Of a stretch of 64,000 nucleotides of DNA, positions 1 to 9,949 are shown piece after piece (position 1 is the first letter of the stretch; each line of letters starts with the position of its first letter). Made by a program: the position numbers and the translations under genes. Source of the stretch: Thermodesulfobacteriota bacterium (lineage in GTDB: Bacteria; Desulfobacterota; Desulfarculia; JACQYL01); the NCBI GenBank assembly GCA_963675595.2, contig CAXXLZ010000002.1:1248001-1312000 (forward strand), read 5' to 3'. A model generated the notes under the pieces. It was not told the origin of the DNA. It ran no database searches and was given only the letters and a program-made list of their open reading frames with translations.

Positions 1-1080
1 GGAGCGTTGATCGCCTACCAGGACGTCCCCAGGTACATGATGAAGTGCTTTTCGAAAATGACCTATTCCATGGCGGCTTTTGTGGACAACCTGGATTTCT
101 CCTTTCGAATCGTCCAGCGCGCCACGGAGTACGGCGTCGACGGATTCTCGACTCCTCAGATTCTGGCTTTCGCCGTGGAGCTTTACGAGGCGGGGATCCT
201 CACGGACAAGGATTTCGAAGGCTGCCCCTCCGATAAGGAGGGAAGATTCTATTGGCTGCTCGATCGGGTGGTCCGGCGGGAAGGGATCGGAGACGTGCTG
301 GCCGACGGCACCTATTACGCGGCCAAGGCCATCGGAAACGGCGCGGAGGAATTCGCGCACAACAACATCAAGAAACATGAGCAGCTCCCTCTCAAGCTGG
401 GCATGATGGACCCCCTCTATTACCTGATGTACTCCACCAACGAAAAGATCAGCATTACCCAGATCGAAGGAAACTGGCCCCAAGCGCCTTTTCTTACCAG
501 AGAGGAAAGAGAAGCCTTTGTGGAGGACTGGCCGCAGCTTCCCGACGACAGGTTCAAGCAATACTTTTTGGACTGGGAACCGCGAGGCGAATTCTCCAAT
601 CCCTATTTCCCGACTCCGGAAATGTGCTGCGACATCGTGGATTGGATGGAGACGGTACACAACATCGACGACGCCTTGGGGTTCTGCGCGGGTATGGGAT
701 CCTTTTGCCTCAAGCCCCCCTACCACATCCACAACTATCCCAAGTTGATCTCTGCAGCCACCGGTTTGGATGTGGACGAGGCCGAACTGAAAAAGATCGT
801 CCGAAGAAGCCGAAACCTGCACAGGGCGCTGAATATCAGAAACGGCCTGAGGCGATCCGACGAGAAGCCGCCCGAAGACCATTGGAAGAGAAGATTTCCG
901 GAGCACGAAGAAAAGCTCTTGGACACCTACTACCGGTTCAAGGGATGGAACAACGACGGCGTGCCCACGAGAGAAACCTTTTTGGAGCTGGATTTGGGAT
1001 ATGTCGCCGAGGATCTGGAAAAGAGAGGGCTATTAAAGAATGGCCAAGATCGTCAAGAAAATCAAGACGGTACGAATTGA
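1..1080 (+). CDS. bamB: Class II benzoyl-CoA reductase catalytic subunit (W-pterin, aldehyde:ferredoxin oxidoreductase family), 5'-truncated by the window edge
   Basis: Frame is open from base 1. AFOR C-terminal domain with the BamB-type segments MMKCF, EYGxDGFS, AHNNIKKHEQLPLKL, EKIxITQIEG, KPPYHIHNYP and YYxxKGWNxDGxPT. Followed by bamCDEF-like genes. Confidence 0.9.
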   Translation, partial: GALIAYQDVPRYMMKCFSKMTYSMAAFVDNLDFSFRIVQRATEYGVDGFSTPQILAFAVELYEAGILTDKDFEGCPSDKEGRFYWLLDRVVRREGIGDVLADGTYYAAKAIGNGAEEFAHNNIKKHEQLPLKLGMMDPLYYLMYSTNEKISITQIEGNWPQAPFLTREEREAFVEDWPQLPDDRFKQYFLDWEPRGEFSNPYFPTPEMCCDIVDWMETVHNIDDALGFCAGMGSFCLKPPYHIHNYPKLISAATGLDVDEAELKKIVRRSRNLHRALNIRNGLRRSDEKPPEDHWKRRFPEHEEKLLDTYYRFKGWNNDGVPTRETFLELDLGYVAEDLEKRGLLKNGQDRQENQDGTN

Positions 1081-1576
1081 CGCCGACAAGTGCAACGGCT
1101 GTCGGGCCTGTGAGGTGATCTGTTCCGCCTTTCACGCCGAACCCAAGTACGGCAGCATCAATCCGGCGAGGTCTCGCATCCGGGTGGTTCGCTATCCTCT
1201 GCAGGATATCTGGGTCCCCGTGTTCGCGGGTGAATACGCCCCGTCCGAATGCATGGGCAGAGACAGGTACACCATCGACGGGAAACAATACGAGGAGTGC
1301 GCCTTCTGCAGAGCCGCGTGCCCGTCCAGGGACGTATTCAAGGAACCCGATTCCGGCCTGCCGTTGAAGTGTGATATGTGTGAAGGGGAAGAGGAACCCC
1401 TGTGCGTCACCCATTGCCTTAACGACGTATTGATCTACGAGGTCCGGGAAGAGGAAGTGGAAGAGGACGAACGGGAGGAAATGGAAGACCTGGAGATCGG
1501 TCTGGAATCGTTGGCCGATCGATACGGCCTGGAAAAACTCAGGGACACCATCGCCCGAATGTCGGGCAAGTGCTGA
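1040..1576 (+). CDS. bamC: Benzoyl-CoA reductase Fe-S subunit (multi-[4Fe-4S] ferredoxin-like)
   Basis: Motifs CNGCRACEVIC, CAFCRAACP and KCDMC..PLCVTHC; acidic tail; overlaps the bamB 3' end. Confidence 0.88.
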   Translation: MAKIVKKIKTVRIDADKCNGCRACEVICSAFHAEPKYGSINPARSRIRVVRYPLQDIWVPVFAGEYAPSECMGRDRYTIDGKQYEECAFCRAACPSRDVFKEPDSGLPLKCDMCEGEEEPLCVTHCLNDVLIYEVREEEVEEDEREEMEDLEIGLESLADRYGLEKLRDTIARMSGKC

Positions 1577-1597
1577 GGCACCGATCATGAGCCGCTT

Positions 1598-1830
1598 ATT
1601 CACAGGGGGTCCGTCTCCAGGAGGACGAAGCCGAAACCCTGAGCCGGCGATCTAAAACATGCAACCTGCGAAGTCCTCGGCGAAAGCTCCGGGTATTACG
1701 GATCCGGCAACCTATTCAGTGAAAACGCTTAAACCCGGTTGCGGCGCACAAGGGAGCAACACTCTCAAGAAGTTGGGGAAAGTGCCCGAAAAAACCTTTT
1801 CCAGAAGGTTTTCCCGCATACCCCCTGAAT
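1598..1830. repeat. Modular palindromic repeat (MITE/REPIN-like family 1), copy between bamC and bamD
   Basis: Inverted termini ATTCA(C)AGGGGG...CCCCCTGAAT. The reverse complement aligns with 7170-7330 and 26912-27095 (AACCTTTT-AAAAGG hairpin, GTTGCTC..GCG.CGCAACCGGG). Confidence 0.75.
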
Positions 1831-1859
1831 GGATACATCAAGAGAGGTAGAAGAAGCCG

Positions 1860-3011
1860 GTGGAAAATGTAGCCGATTACAGAGAGATCGTCGACGTCAT
1901 CAAAGAGAACGGTGGAGACGCTTTCAAACGCTGCTTTCAGTGCGGACTGTGCGACGTGGTGTGCCCGTGGAATCGGGTGGTGAATTTCAGCATGCGCAAG
2001 ATCGTGCGGCAGGCGTCCTTCGGCATGACCGAGATTGAAAGCGAGGACATCTGGCGTTGCACGACCTGCGGAAGATGCCCGCAGCGCTGCCCCAGAGACG
2101 TGCGGCAGATCGAATCCGGCATCGCCCTGCGAAGGATCGCTTCCGAATACGGAGTGTTTCCCAAGTCCGTGGCTCCCATCCGAACGGCGAACGCGAGTCT
2201 CGTCGGGGAGGGCAACCCGCTGAGCGAGAAACGGGACGACAGGGCGAACTGGGCCAAGGACGCTTCCGTGGCGGAATTCACCGAAGACATGGACCTCCTG
2301 TACTTTCCCGGCTGCTACCTGTGCTATGACCCCAGACTCAAGAAGGTGGCCCAATCCGCGGCCCATATTCTCAAGCAGGCGGAGGTCGATTTCGGAATAC
2401 TGGGATCCGATGAAAGCTGCTGCGGAGAAAGCATTCGCAAGACGGGCGACGAGGAACTCTTCAAACGGTTGGCCAAGGCGAACATCAAGACCTTTATCGA
2501 CCACGGAGTGAAGCGGGTTCTGGTTTCCTCCCCTCACTGCTATCATACGTTCAGGAACGAGTATCCCCAATTCATGGTCCACTTCGAAGTGGTTCACATC
2601 GCTCAATATCTCTACGACCTGATCCGGGAGGGAAGAATTTCGCTTTCAGGGAGTTATGAGAAAAAGGTCGTTTATCACGACCCCTGCTATTTGGGCCGGC
2701 ATAACGGTATCTATGACGAACCCAGAGAGATATTGAGAAAAATACCCGGGCTGGAGTTGCTCGAGATGCGGGAGTGCCGGGAGGACAGCTTGTGCTGCGG
2801 CGGCGGCGGAGGGCGCATCTGGATGGAAACGCCCAAGCAGGAGAGATTCTCCGACCTCAGGCTGCAACAGGCGGTGGACGCCGGGGCCGAGGTGTTGGTG
2901 ACTTCCTGTCCCTACTGCATCGCCAATTTCGAGGACGCCAAGCTCACCTGTGCCTTTGCCGAAAACCTGGTGATCAAGGACATTACGGAGATCATACGAG
3001 AAGTGGTCTAG
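1860..3011 (+). CDS. bamD: HdrD/GlcF-like Fe-S oxidoreductase (two [4Fe-4S] motifs plus CCG domains)
   Basis: Motifs CFQCGLCDVVCP, CTTCGRCPQRCP, ESCCG, YHDPCYLGR, CCGGGGG and TSCPYC. Confidence 0.88.
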   Translation: MENVADYREIVDVIKENGGDAFKRCFQCGLCDVVCPWNRVVNFSMRKIVRQASFGMTEIESEDIWRCTTCGRCPQRCPRDVRQIESGIALRRIASEYGVFPKSVAPIRTANASLVGEGNPLSEKRDDRANWAKDASVAEFTEDMDLLYFPGCYLCYDPRLKKVAQSAAHILKQAEVDFGILGSDESCCGESIRKTGDEELFKRLAKANIKTFIDHGVKRVLVSSPHCYHTFRNEYPQFMVHFEVVHIAQYLYDLIREGRISLSGSYEKKVVYHDPCYLGRHNGIYDEPREILRKIPGLELLEMRECREDSLCCGGGGGRIWMETPKQERFSDLRLQQAVDAGAEVLVTSCPYCIANFEDAKLTCAFAENLVIKDITEIIREVV

Positions 3012-3119
3012 TCGGGGTGCTTTCCCAAAAGCGTCCCCCGGAAATGAGATTTAGGCCGTTAAGTACCGGCCCGAAGAGCCGGGCCGGCGTTCCGAGCAAG
3101 TTTGATGAGGAGATGAAAA

Positions 3120-6100
3120 GTGGACAGCGCGACGACTGAAGGATTCTTCTCCAACCTTCCCCAAGACAACCATTTTGGAGACGTCATGGTGGTGGGCGGA
3201 GGAATCAGCGGCATTCAGGCATCTCTCGATCTCGCCGCAGCGGGTTACAAAGTCTATCTGATTGAAAAGGGGCCCGCCATCGGCGGCCATATGGCCCAGC
3301 TCGACAAGACGTACCCGACCAACGACTGCTCCATGTGAATACTGTCTCCCAAACTGGTCGAGGTCGGCCGGCACCCAAACATTGAGGTCCTCACCTACAC
3401 GGAGATCAAAGACGTGGAAGGAGAGGCGGGAGACTTCAGCGTAACGCTGATCAAGAAGCCCAGGTACGTGCTGGAGGATAAATGCACGGGTTGTACCACC
3501 TGTGTGCAGTATTGTCCGGTTCACTACCCGGACCCATTCAATCAGGAAATATCCTCGAACAAGGCGATTCACATCTATTTCGCTCAGGCCATTCCCCTCA
3601 TCGCCTATGTGGATGAGAGCTGCCTTTACCTGAAAGAAAAGAAGTGCCGCATTTGTGAGGCGGTGTGCAAGAACGAAGCCATTGACCTCAATCAAGAGCC
3701 GGAGAAGCTTGAAATCAACGTGGGGGCGGTCGTTCTGGCTCCGGGTTATGAGCCTTTCGATCCCAAGGCAAAAAACGACTACGGGTACGGGAAATTCGAA
3801 AACGTGGTGACGAGTCTGGACTACGAGCGGCTGTTGTGCTCCACGGGACCGTATGAAGGCGAGGTGTTCCGCGCTTCCGACGGGAAGCACCCTCGTAAAA
3901 CGGCCTGGATTCAGTGCGTGGGTTCCAGAAGAGTCACCCCAGGAGACAACAGCTACTGTTCCGCCGTATGCTGCACCTATACACAGAAGCAGGTCATTCT
4001 TGCCAAGGATCATGATTCGGAAGCCGAATGCACCATATTCCACAACGACATTCGATCCTACGGCAAGGATTTCGAATCTTATTTTGAAAGAACTCGGCAA
4101 CTTCCCGGAGTGCGGTTCATACGAAGCTATGTTTCCGTGGTGGGGGAGATGCCGGAGACCAAGAACCTGTTGGTCCGATATGCGACTCCCGACGAAGGGG
4201 TGAAAGAGGAAGAGTTCGACATGGTGGTTCTGTCCGTGGGATTGACCCCCCCCGCCGATTTCACGGTACTCGCGGACAAGTTTGGAATCGAACTCAACGC
4301 GCACGGTTTCTGCCGGACCCTGCCCTCCAATCCCGTGGAAACCTCCAGACCCGGCGTCTTCGTGAGCGGCGCCTTCCAGGGTCCCATGGATATCCCGGAG
4401 TCGGTCTATTCCGCCGGCGGAGCAGGCTCTCAGTGCGGTGAATTCCTGAACTACAGGCGAGGCAAGCTCACCGGCGAACGAGTCTATCCCGACGAAGAGG
4501 ATGTCTCCCAAGAAGAGCCGAGAATCGGCGTTTTCGTGTGTCACTGCGGCGCGAATATCGGAAGAGTGGTGGATGTGCCGTCAACGGTGGAATACGCATT
4601 GAGCCTTCCTCACGTGGTTTACGCCCAGGAACAACTGTTTTCCTGCGCTACCAATTCCGCCCAGGAAATTACGGACAAGATCAAGGAAAAGGAGCTCAAT
4701 CGGGTAGTCATCGCCGCCTGCTCCCCCAGGACTTTGGAACCCCTGTTTCGAGACACCCTCCGAGAAGCCGGAATCAACCAATATTTCTGTGAGATGGCCA
4801 ACATCCGGGAGCACTGTTCCTGGGTCCACGCCAAGGAGCCGGAAGAAGCCACGAACAAGGCCAAGGATATCACCCGAATGTCGGTGGCCCGGGCGGCCCG
4901 CTTGGAGCCGTTGCTGGAGATCGATCTGCCGGTGAACAAGGCGGCGCTGGTGGTGGGCGGCGGCATTGCCGGCATGACCTGCGCCGTGTCCATCGCCGAA
5001 CAGGGCCACGAAGTCCATCTGTTGGAAAAGGATACGGACCTGGGGGGAACGGCGAGAAGAATCCATTCCACTTTGGACGGTCTGGACGTTCAGACCCACC
5101 TCCGGGACCTCGTGCGCAAGGTCTACCGCCATCCCGCGATCCACTTGTACACGAGCGCCGAGGTTACGGAGGCGACCGGTTACGTGGGGAACTTCGTCAC
5201 CAAGATCCACTCGGAAAGAGGACCGACGGAAATCAAACACGGAGCGGTCGTCCTCGCCGTGGGCGCCGACGAATATCGACCCGTGGAATACCTCTATGGA
5301 CAAGACGACCGGGTCATGACCCAGCTGGAACTGGAAGAACGCATCGCCGCCGAAGACGAGAAGTTGGACCGTTGCCGGAATCTGGTCATGATTCAATGCG
5401 TGGGATGCAGAAACGAAGACCGGAATTACTGCGCCCGGATTTGTTGCAGCCACGCGATCAAGAACGCGCTGAACCTGAAAGCGTCCCACCCCGAAACGGA
5501 CATCTACATCCTGTTCAGAGACATGAGAACCTACGGGTTCCTGGAGGATCATTACCGGGACGCTTCCGAAAAGGACGTGAAATTCATCCGTTATGAACCG
5601 GACGACAAACCGCGTGTGGAAGCGGTGGAAGAAGAGGGCCGCCCTGTTCTGAGGGTCACGGTTCCCGATTCCATCCTGGGGGAACGGCTCGCCCTGGATG
5701 CGGATTATCTCGTATTGTCCGCCGCCGTTGTTCCTTCCTCGGAAAACGCGGAAATCGCCAATTGGTTCAAGGCGTCCATTGGACCGGACGGGTTTTTCAA
5801 GGAAGCGCACGTCAAGCTGCGGCCCGTGGAGTTCAGCACGGAGGGTGTTTTCCTTTGCGGCATGGCCCACTATCCCAAGCACATACCGGAAGCGATCAAC
5901 CAGGCTTACGGAGCCGCGGGTCGGGTATTGGCCCTTCTCTCTCACGACGTGGTCACGGTTTCGGGCGCCGTTTGCGAGGTGGACGACAAGAAGTGCATCG
6001 GGTGCGGAGCCTGCATGGAAGCATGTGCGTACGGTGCCGTCGAGTTCCGTGAAACTCGACAGGGGCGAAAAGCCGTGGTGAACCCCGTGATCTGCAAAGG

Positions 6101-6245
6101 GGACGGCCTGTGCAACGCCATGTGCCCGACCGGAGCCATTCTGCTCAAGCATTTCACCGATGAAGAACTGGTGAGCCAGATCGACGCGGCGCTTCCCCAA
6201 GAAGAGACTCCGCAGCCCATGGATGCCGCCGTGGGGTACGCCTAG
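3120..6245 (+). CDS. bamE: HdrA-like flavoprotein with two FAD-binding units, selenocysteine at codon 73 (TGA 3336-3338), about 1041 aa
   Basis: ORFs 3120-3338 and 3414-6245 are in the same frame with no other stop. Read-through gives [28 protein letters not shown], matching the HdrA motif LDKTFPTxDCxxCI. Two VVGGGIxG motifs and several ferredoxin motifs; RBS GAGGAG at 3107-3112. Confidence 0.92.
3354..3371 (+). promoter_or_regulatory. Candidate bacterial SECIS hairpin for bamE
   Basis: CTGGTCG-AGGT-CGGCCGG stem-loop (with G-U pairs) whose G-containing loop starts about 23 nt after the UGA. Confidence 0.65.
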
Positions 6246-6322
6246 CAGGTGTTTCTCAGCGGGCTGCTGGAGAAACGCCGATGAACAAAGCCGTGAACAC
6301 CGAACTTAGGAGTTGAAATCGA

Positions 6323-7147
6323 ATGAGAGCGGGACTCGAGTTCAAGCCGAGAATACTGGGTTTCGTGTGCCATTGGTGAGCATACGGGGCCGCGGACCTG
6401 GCTGGAGTTTCCAGACTACAGTATTCGACTGAGACCCGACTGATCCGGGTCATGTGTTCCGGCAGGGTGGATCTGGACTTTGTATTGAGAGCCCTGTCCA
6501 ACGGAATGGACGGCGTGTTCATCGGCGGCTGCCGACTGAACGAATGCAACTACGCCACCCATGGGAACTATTATGCCCTCAACATGGTGCTCTTGTGCAG
6601 GAAGCTGCTGAAACACATAGGAATGAATCCGGAGAGGTTGCGCTTGGAGTTCATGTCCGCCGGAGACGGAATCCTCCTGGCCGAAGGGATCACGAATTTC
6701 GGCAGAAAGGTGAAGGAATTGGGCCCCGTCGGTCAAGGGGAAGGGGCGGACAAAGAGGAGCTGAAAGCCGGAATAGAGGCGGTCAGGAAACTGGTTCCCT
6801 ACATCAAGATGGTGAAGAGAGAAAAACTGAATGCGCGTCTCAAAAACGAGGAAGCATACGAGACGTTTTTCACCGACGAGGAAATCGACGAGCTGTTCCG
6901 GAATGTGGCCTCCTACTATATAGACCCGGATCAATGCAAAGCCTGCATGATATGCCTCCGAAGATGCCCCGTGGAAGCCGTCGACGGGGGCAAGAACCGG
7001 ATTCACGTCATCGATCAGGACAAGTGCATCAAGTGCGGAACGTGTTTCGAAGCCTGCCCGCCTCGCTTCGGCGCGGTGAGGAAAGTCTGCGGTGAGCCCG
7101 TCCCGACTCCGATTCCCGAAGAACAAAGATCGATCCGGAAACAATAG
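6323..7147 (+). CDS. bamF: MvhD-like [2Fe-2S] protein with C-terminal 2x[4Fe-4S] ferredoxin, selenocysteine at codon 19 (TGA 6377-6379), 274 aa
   Basis: ATG 6323 (RBS AGGAG 6308-6312) reads MRAGLEFKPRILGFVCHW-U-AYGAADLAGVSRLQY..IRVMCSGRVD, the MvhD motif CxWC(U)xYxxADLAG, in frame with ORF 6452-7147. Confidence 0.92.
6399..6418 (+). promoter_or_regulatory. Candidate bacterial SECIS hairpin for bamF
   Basis: CTGGA-GTT-TCCAG stem-loop at 6402-6414, extendable by TGG/CTA; loop begins with G about 28 nt after the UGA. Confidence 0.65.
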
Positions 7148-7166
7148 AACCTAAGGAATTCATGTC

Positions 7167-7583
7167 CATTTAATGGATATCCGGGACAACCTTTTAAAAA
7201 AGGTTTTCCCGGACCCTTTCCTAAACCTTTTAAGAGGGTTGCTCGCTTGCGCGTCGCAACCGGGTCGGGGTTTTCTCCGGACAGGCAAAAACGGGACTTT
7301 CGACGAGGACGTCGCAGCTTGAATGCCTTGAGTCATTGAAGACGCTCACAGGTTTCGGGGGGACGCTCTTACCGCCGGACCCCTTGTATTGGCTCCACCC
7401 GCCTGTGCGTGACGAAGCCGAACCACGGACTTCTCTGCCGATTCAGGAGATGTAAGGAACGCCGGAAATCAGCGAGAAAGCCTAATTCTCCCTCAGCCTC
7501 TCCGCCGAAGGCGGTGAGGCCTGCTTGAAACGTTTCAAGGGGGGCGCACGGGGGGAACTTTTTTAAAAGTTCCCCCCGTGAAT
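7167..7583. repeat. Composite family-1 repeat (module X plus module Y plus terminal hairpin)
   Basis: 7170-7330 resembles 26912-27095. 7345-7530 resembles the reverse complement of 13545-13735. 7497-7583 is nearly identical to 19948-20035. Confidence 0.8.
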
Positions 7584-7620
7584 GATCACGAATTCATCTT
7601 ACTTTTTCCATGGAAGGAAT

Positions 7621-8427
7621 ATGGCTCCCGTCGTAGGAATCACGACACAGATCGTCCGAAAGGCCAAATGGTACAAATACGTTCGGGAACTCGGATTCGA
7701 CGCCGTTGAAATCAATCGTCGCAACTCGAAGCTCCATTTCAATCTCTTCTTTCTCGAGAAAGTCAAAAAATACCTGGAAGGCCTGGATTTGAGCGTCCAC
7801 TCCGGAACGGCCGGGGTGTTCCAGCCCTTTGAGTCCTTCACGCGGGCCAACCTTGCCACCCTGAACGCTGAAATCGATGTATGCCGCTTTCTCGGCGCTC
7901 GCCAACTCGTCTTTCATCTAAACGACGGGATTCTTCCACGCGAAGACAAGAAGCGACTGAAGCAGGTGATTTCCTACGCGACGGATATGGGTGTGCACAT
8001 GATGTACGAGTCCAACAGCACCTTGGTCGCCCATGAGGCCTACGACATTCTCGAAAGCTTTCCGGCCCTCGGATACGTCCTCGACCTGGGGCACCTCAAC
8101 AACGGTTATCGGCAGGGCAAACTGGGTTGCACCATCCATGATTTTATCCGACAAGTGAATCACCGGGTGGCCTATGTCCACGCCAGCAACAACTCGGGCG
8201 AGCGGGACGAGCACAACGGACTGGAAAGCGGGACCCTGGATTGGCGTCACATATTGGACCTGCTCGATTTTTCCAGGATTTCAAAGATCATCATCGAAGT
8301 CCGATCCATGGATATGATGGAGCGTTCCAGGGCGGAACTCATGCGATACCTGCTCATGAGAAACTGTGGCCGGGTCTTGCTCCCGGAATCTTTTCTTGTT
8401 GTCGAACAACCCCATTCACGGCAATAA
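7621..8427 (+). CDS. Sugar-phosphate isomerase/epimerase-like (AP endonuclease 2) TIM-barrel protein
   Basis: ELGFDAVEI, VFH, YES, LDLGH, YVHASNN..DEH and IIIEV metal-ligand pattern; RBS GGAAGG before ATG 7621. Confidence 0.75.
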   Translation: MAPVVGITTQIVRKAKWYKYVRELGFDAVEINRRNSKLHFNLFFLEKVKKYLEGLDLSVHSGTAGVFQPFESFTRANLATLNAEIDVCRFLGARQLVFHLNDGILPREDKKRLKQVISYATDMGVHMMYESNSTLVAHEAYDILESFPALGYVLDLGHLNNGYRQGKLGCTIHDFIRQVNHRVAYVHASNNSGERDEHNGLESGTLDWRHILDLLDFSRISKIIIEVRSMDMMERSRAELMRYLLMRNCGRVLLPESFLVVEQPHSRQ

Positions 8428-8621
8428 GACCAGACGCAACACGTCCTTTCGCCTTCTTCCGCATACAGCTTTCCATACAAGGATGCGTTCCCGAGGCTCT
8501 CTACAGGCACTTGAATCGGCGCCCCGGGTCGTCGAACTCCTTGAACACCCGAAAATAGAAAATGTCGGAGGCGGACGATGAGTCTTGAAAGCTTGAGCTT
8601 ATTCCTTTCCTATCTGCGGAG

Positions 8622-8667
8622 CGCGGATTCGAATCCTGTGGGGCATGCTTACTAAATCAACAGGTTA
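8622..8667 (+). other. Degenerate tRNA 3'-end fragment plus IHF consensus (possible att-site scar)
   Basis: GCGGA-TTCGAAT-CCTGTGGGGCATGC resembles a T-arm plus acceptor strand. AATCAACAGGTTA (8655-8667) fits WATCAANNNNTTR. Confidence 0.4.
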
Positions 8668-8696
8668 GGATTTTGAATTTTGCCGTCTTTGCCATC

Positions 8697-9869
8697 TCAA
8701 GCATTGCGGTATGGTTCCGTTCCTTCCTCCAAAGTCTTCAAGTATCGGCCATATACAAACAGCCTATGCCGCTGCCCTCCGGTTATCTCGTTCACAATCC
8801 CAAGGTCCGTGAGATTTTTAAAACAAGACGATACCGTCGGGGTGGATAGTTCCAACTCATCGGCGGCCTTGGGAATAGAAATGATAGGATTGGTCTGCAG
8901 TAGGTGCTGTACTCTCAAAACCGAACCTGCCTTGCGTTTCAATGCTTCAATCTTTTTCTTATCTTGATCAAAAATGCCAAGTATGGTTTGGGCCGACTTC
9001 CAGGCTTGCTGGGAGGTTTCAAAGACACCTGTAAGAAAGAAGTCCAACCATTCATCCCAGGCGGATTCCGTTCGGACTTTCTGAAGTAGATCGTAGTATC
9101 GTACTCGATTCGCCTTGAAATAAAGGCTCAGATACAACAAAGGTTCACTGAGAGCTTCCTCAGCGCACAACATGAGTGTGATGAGAAGACGACCCAGACG
9201 TCCATTCCCATCAAGAAAAGGATGGATGGTCTCAAACTGCACATGCGAGACCGCTGCCTTGACAAGAAGAGGGGTAAACATCGATCTATTTTGAATGAAC
9301 TCCTCCAAATTGCCCATGCAATTCATGACATGTTCTACGGGTGGTGGAACATATAAGGCATTGCCCGGACGTGTTCCCCCCACCCAGTTCTGAGAACGGC
9401 GAAACTCTCCCGGATTTCTATGGCTACCCCTTCCCTTCGCCAATAGTACTTTGTGTATCTCTTTGAATAGTCTCAGACAGATAGGAAATCCTTCCCGCAC
9501 CCTTTTCAGACCATATTCCATTGCCGCAACGTAGCTCGATACTTCTTCCACGTCGTCAAGGGGTACGCCGGGTAATTGGCTGCTTTCGTAAAGCAGCAAT
9601 TCGGACAGGGAGGACTGTGTCCCCTCGATCTGAGACGAAAGCAAAGCCTCTTTGCGAACGTAGAAATAGATAAAAAGAGATCCCGGCAAAAGGGTCGTTA
9701 TTCCTTCCAGCCTCCCGAGCGCCCGATTCGCCTTTTCCATAAGGTTCATGAGCTGATTGGATAATCGCAATTGAGGGGCATATGGAAGCGGTGCGGGCAA
9801 GAATGCCTTATAGTACTCTCCCCCAACGGAGCAATTCAGATATTGACCTGAAGGTTTCTTCCGGCTCAC
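8697..9869 (-). CDS. Fic family protein (Fic_N + Fic + C-terminal HTH)
   Basis: Catalytic motif HPFLDGNGRLGR; N-terminal inhibitory motif SSQIEGT; visibly more AT-rich than its flanks. Confidence 0.9.
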   Translation of the reverse strand: MSRKKPSGQYLNCSVGGEYYKAFLPAPLPYAPQLRLSNQLMNLMEKANRALGRLEGITTLLPGSLFIYFYVRKEALLSSQIEGTQSSLSELLLYESSQLPGVPLDDVEEVSSYVAAMEYGLKRVREGFPICLRLFKEIHKVLLAKGRGSHRNPGEFRRSQNWVGGTRPGNALYVPPPVEHVMNCMGNLEEFIQNRSMFTPLLVKAAVSHVQFETIHPFLDGNGRLGRLLITLMLCAEEALSEPLLYLSLYFKANRVRYYDLLQKVRTESAWDEWLDFFLTGVFETSQQAWKSAQTILGIFDQDKKKIEALKRKAGSVLRVQHLLQTNPIISIPKAADELELSTPTVSSCFKNLTDLGIVNEITGGQRHRLFVYGRYLKTLEEGTEPYRNA

Positions 9870-9910
9870 GTCTCTACGGATTCCTTATGTAAATTTTTTT
9901 CGTTAAATTC

Positions 9911-9949
9911 TGCTAAGAAAAAGATAACCCGGTATTTTTTCCTTAGCAA
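9911..9949 (-). promoter_or_regulatory. Sigma70-like promoter of the Fic gene, overlapped by an inverted repeat
   Basis: TTGCTA-N17-TATCTT on the minus strand (9949-9921). Inverted repeat TGCTAAG(9911)...CTTAGCA(9948). Confidence 0.55.

Noticed and set aside
3120-3338. 72-aa ORF as a separate gene, or bamE as a nonsense pseudogene
   Set aside because: The TGA sits at a conserved Cys position with a SECIS-like hairpin and the frame continues intact; selenocysteine is the better explanation.
8622-8648. Functional tRNA gene
   Set aside because: Only a mismatched T-arm and 3' strand are present; no D-arm, anticodon arm or CCA.
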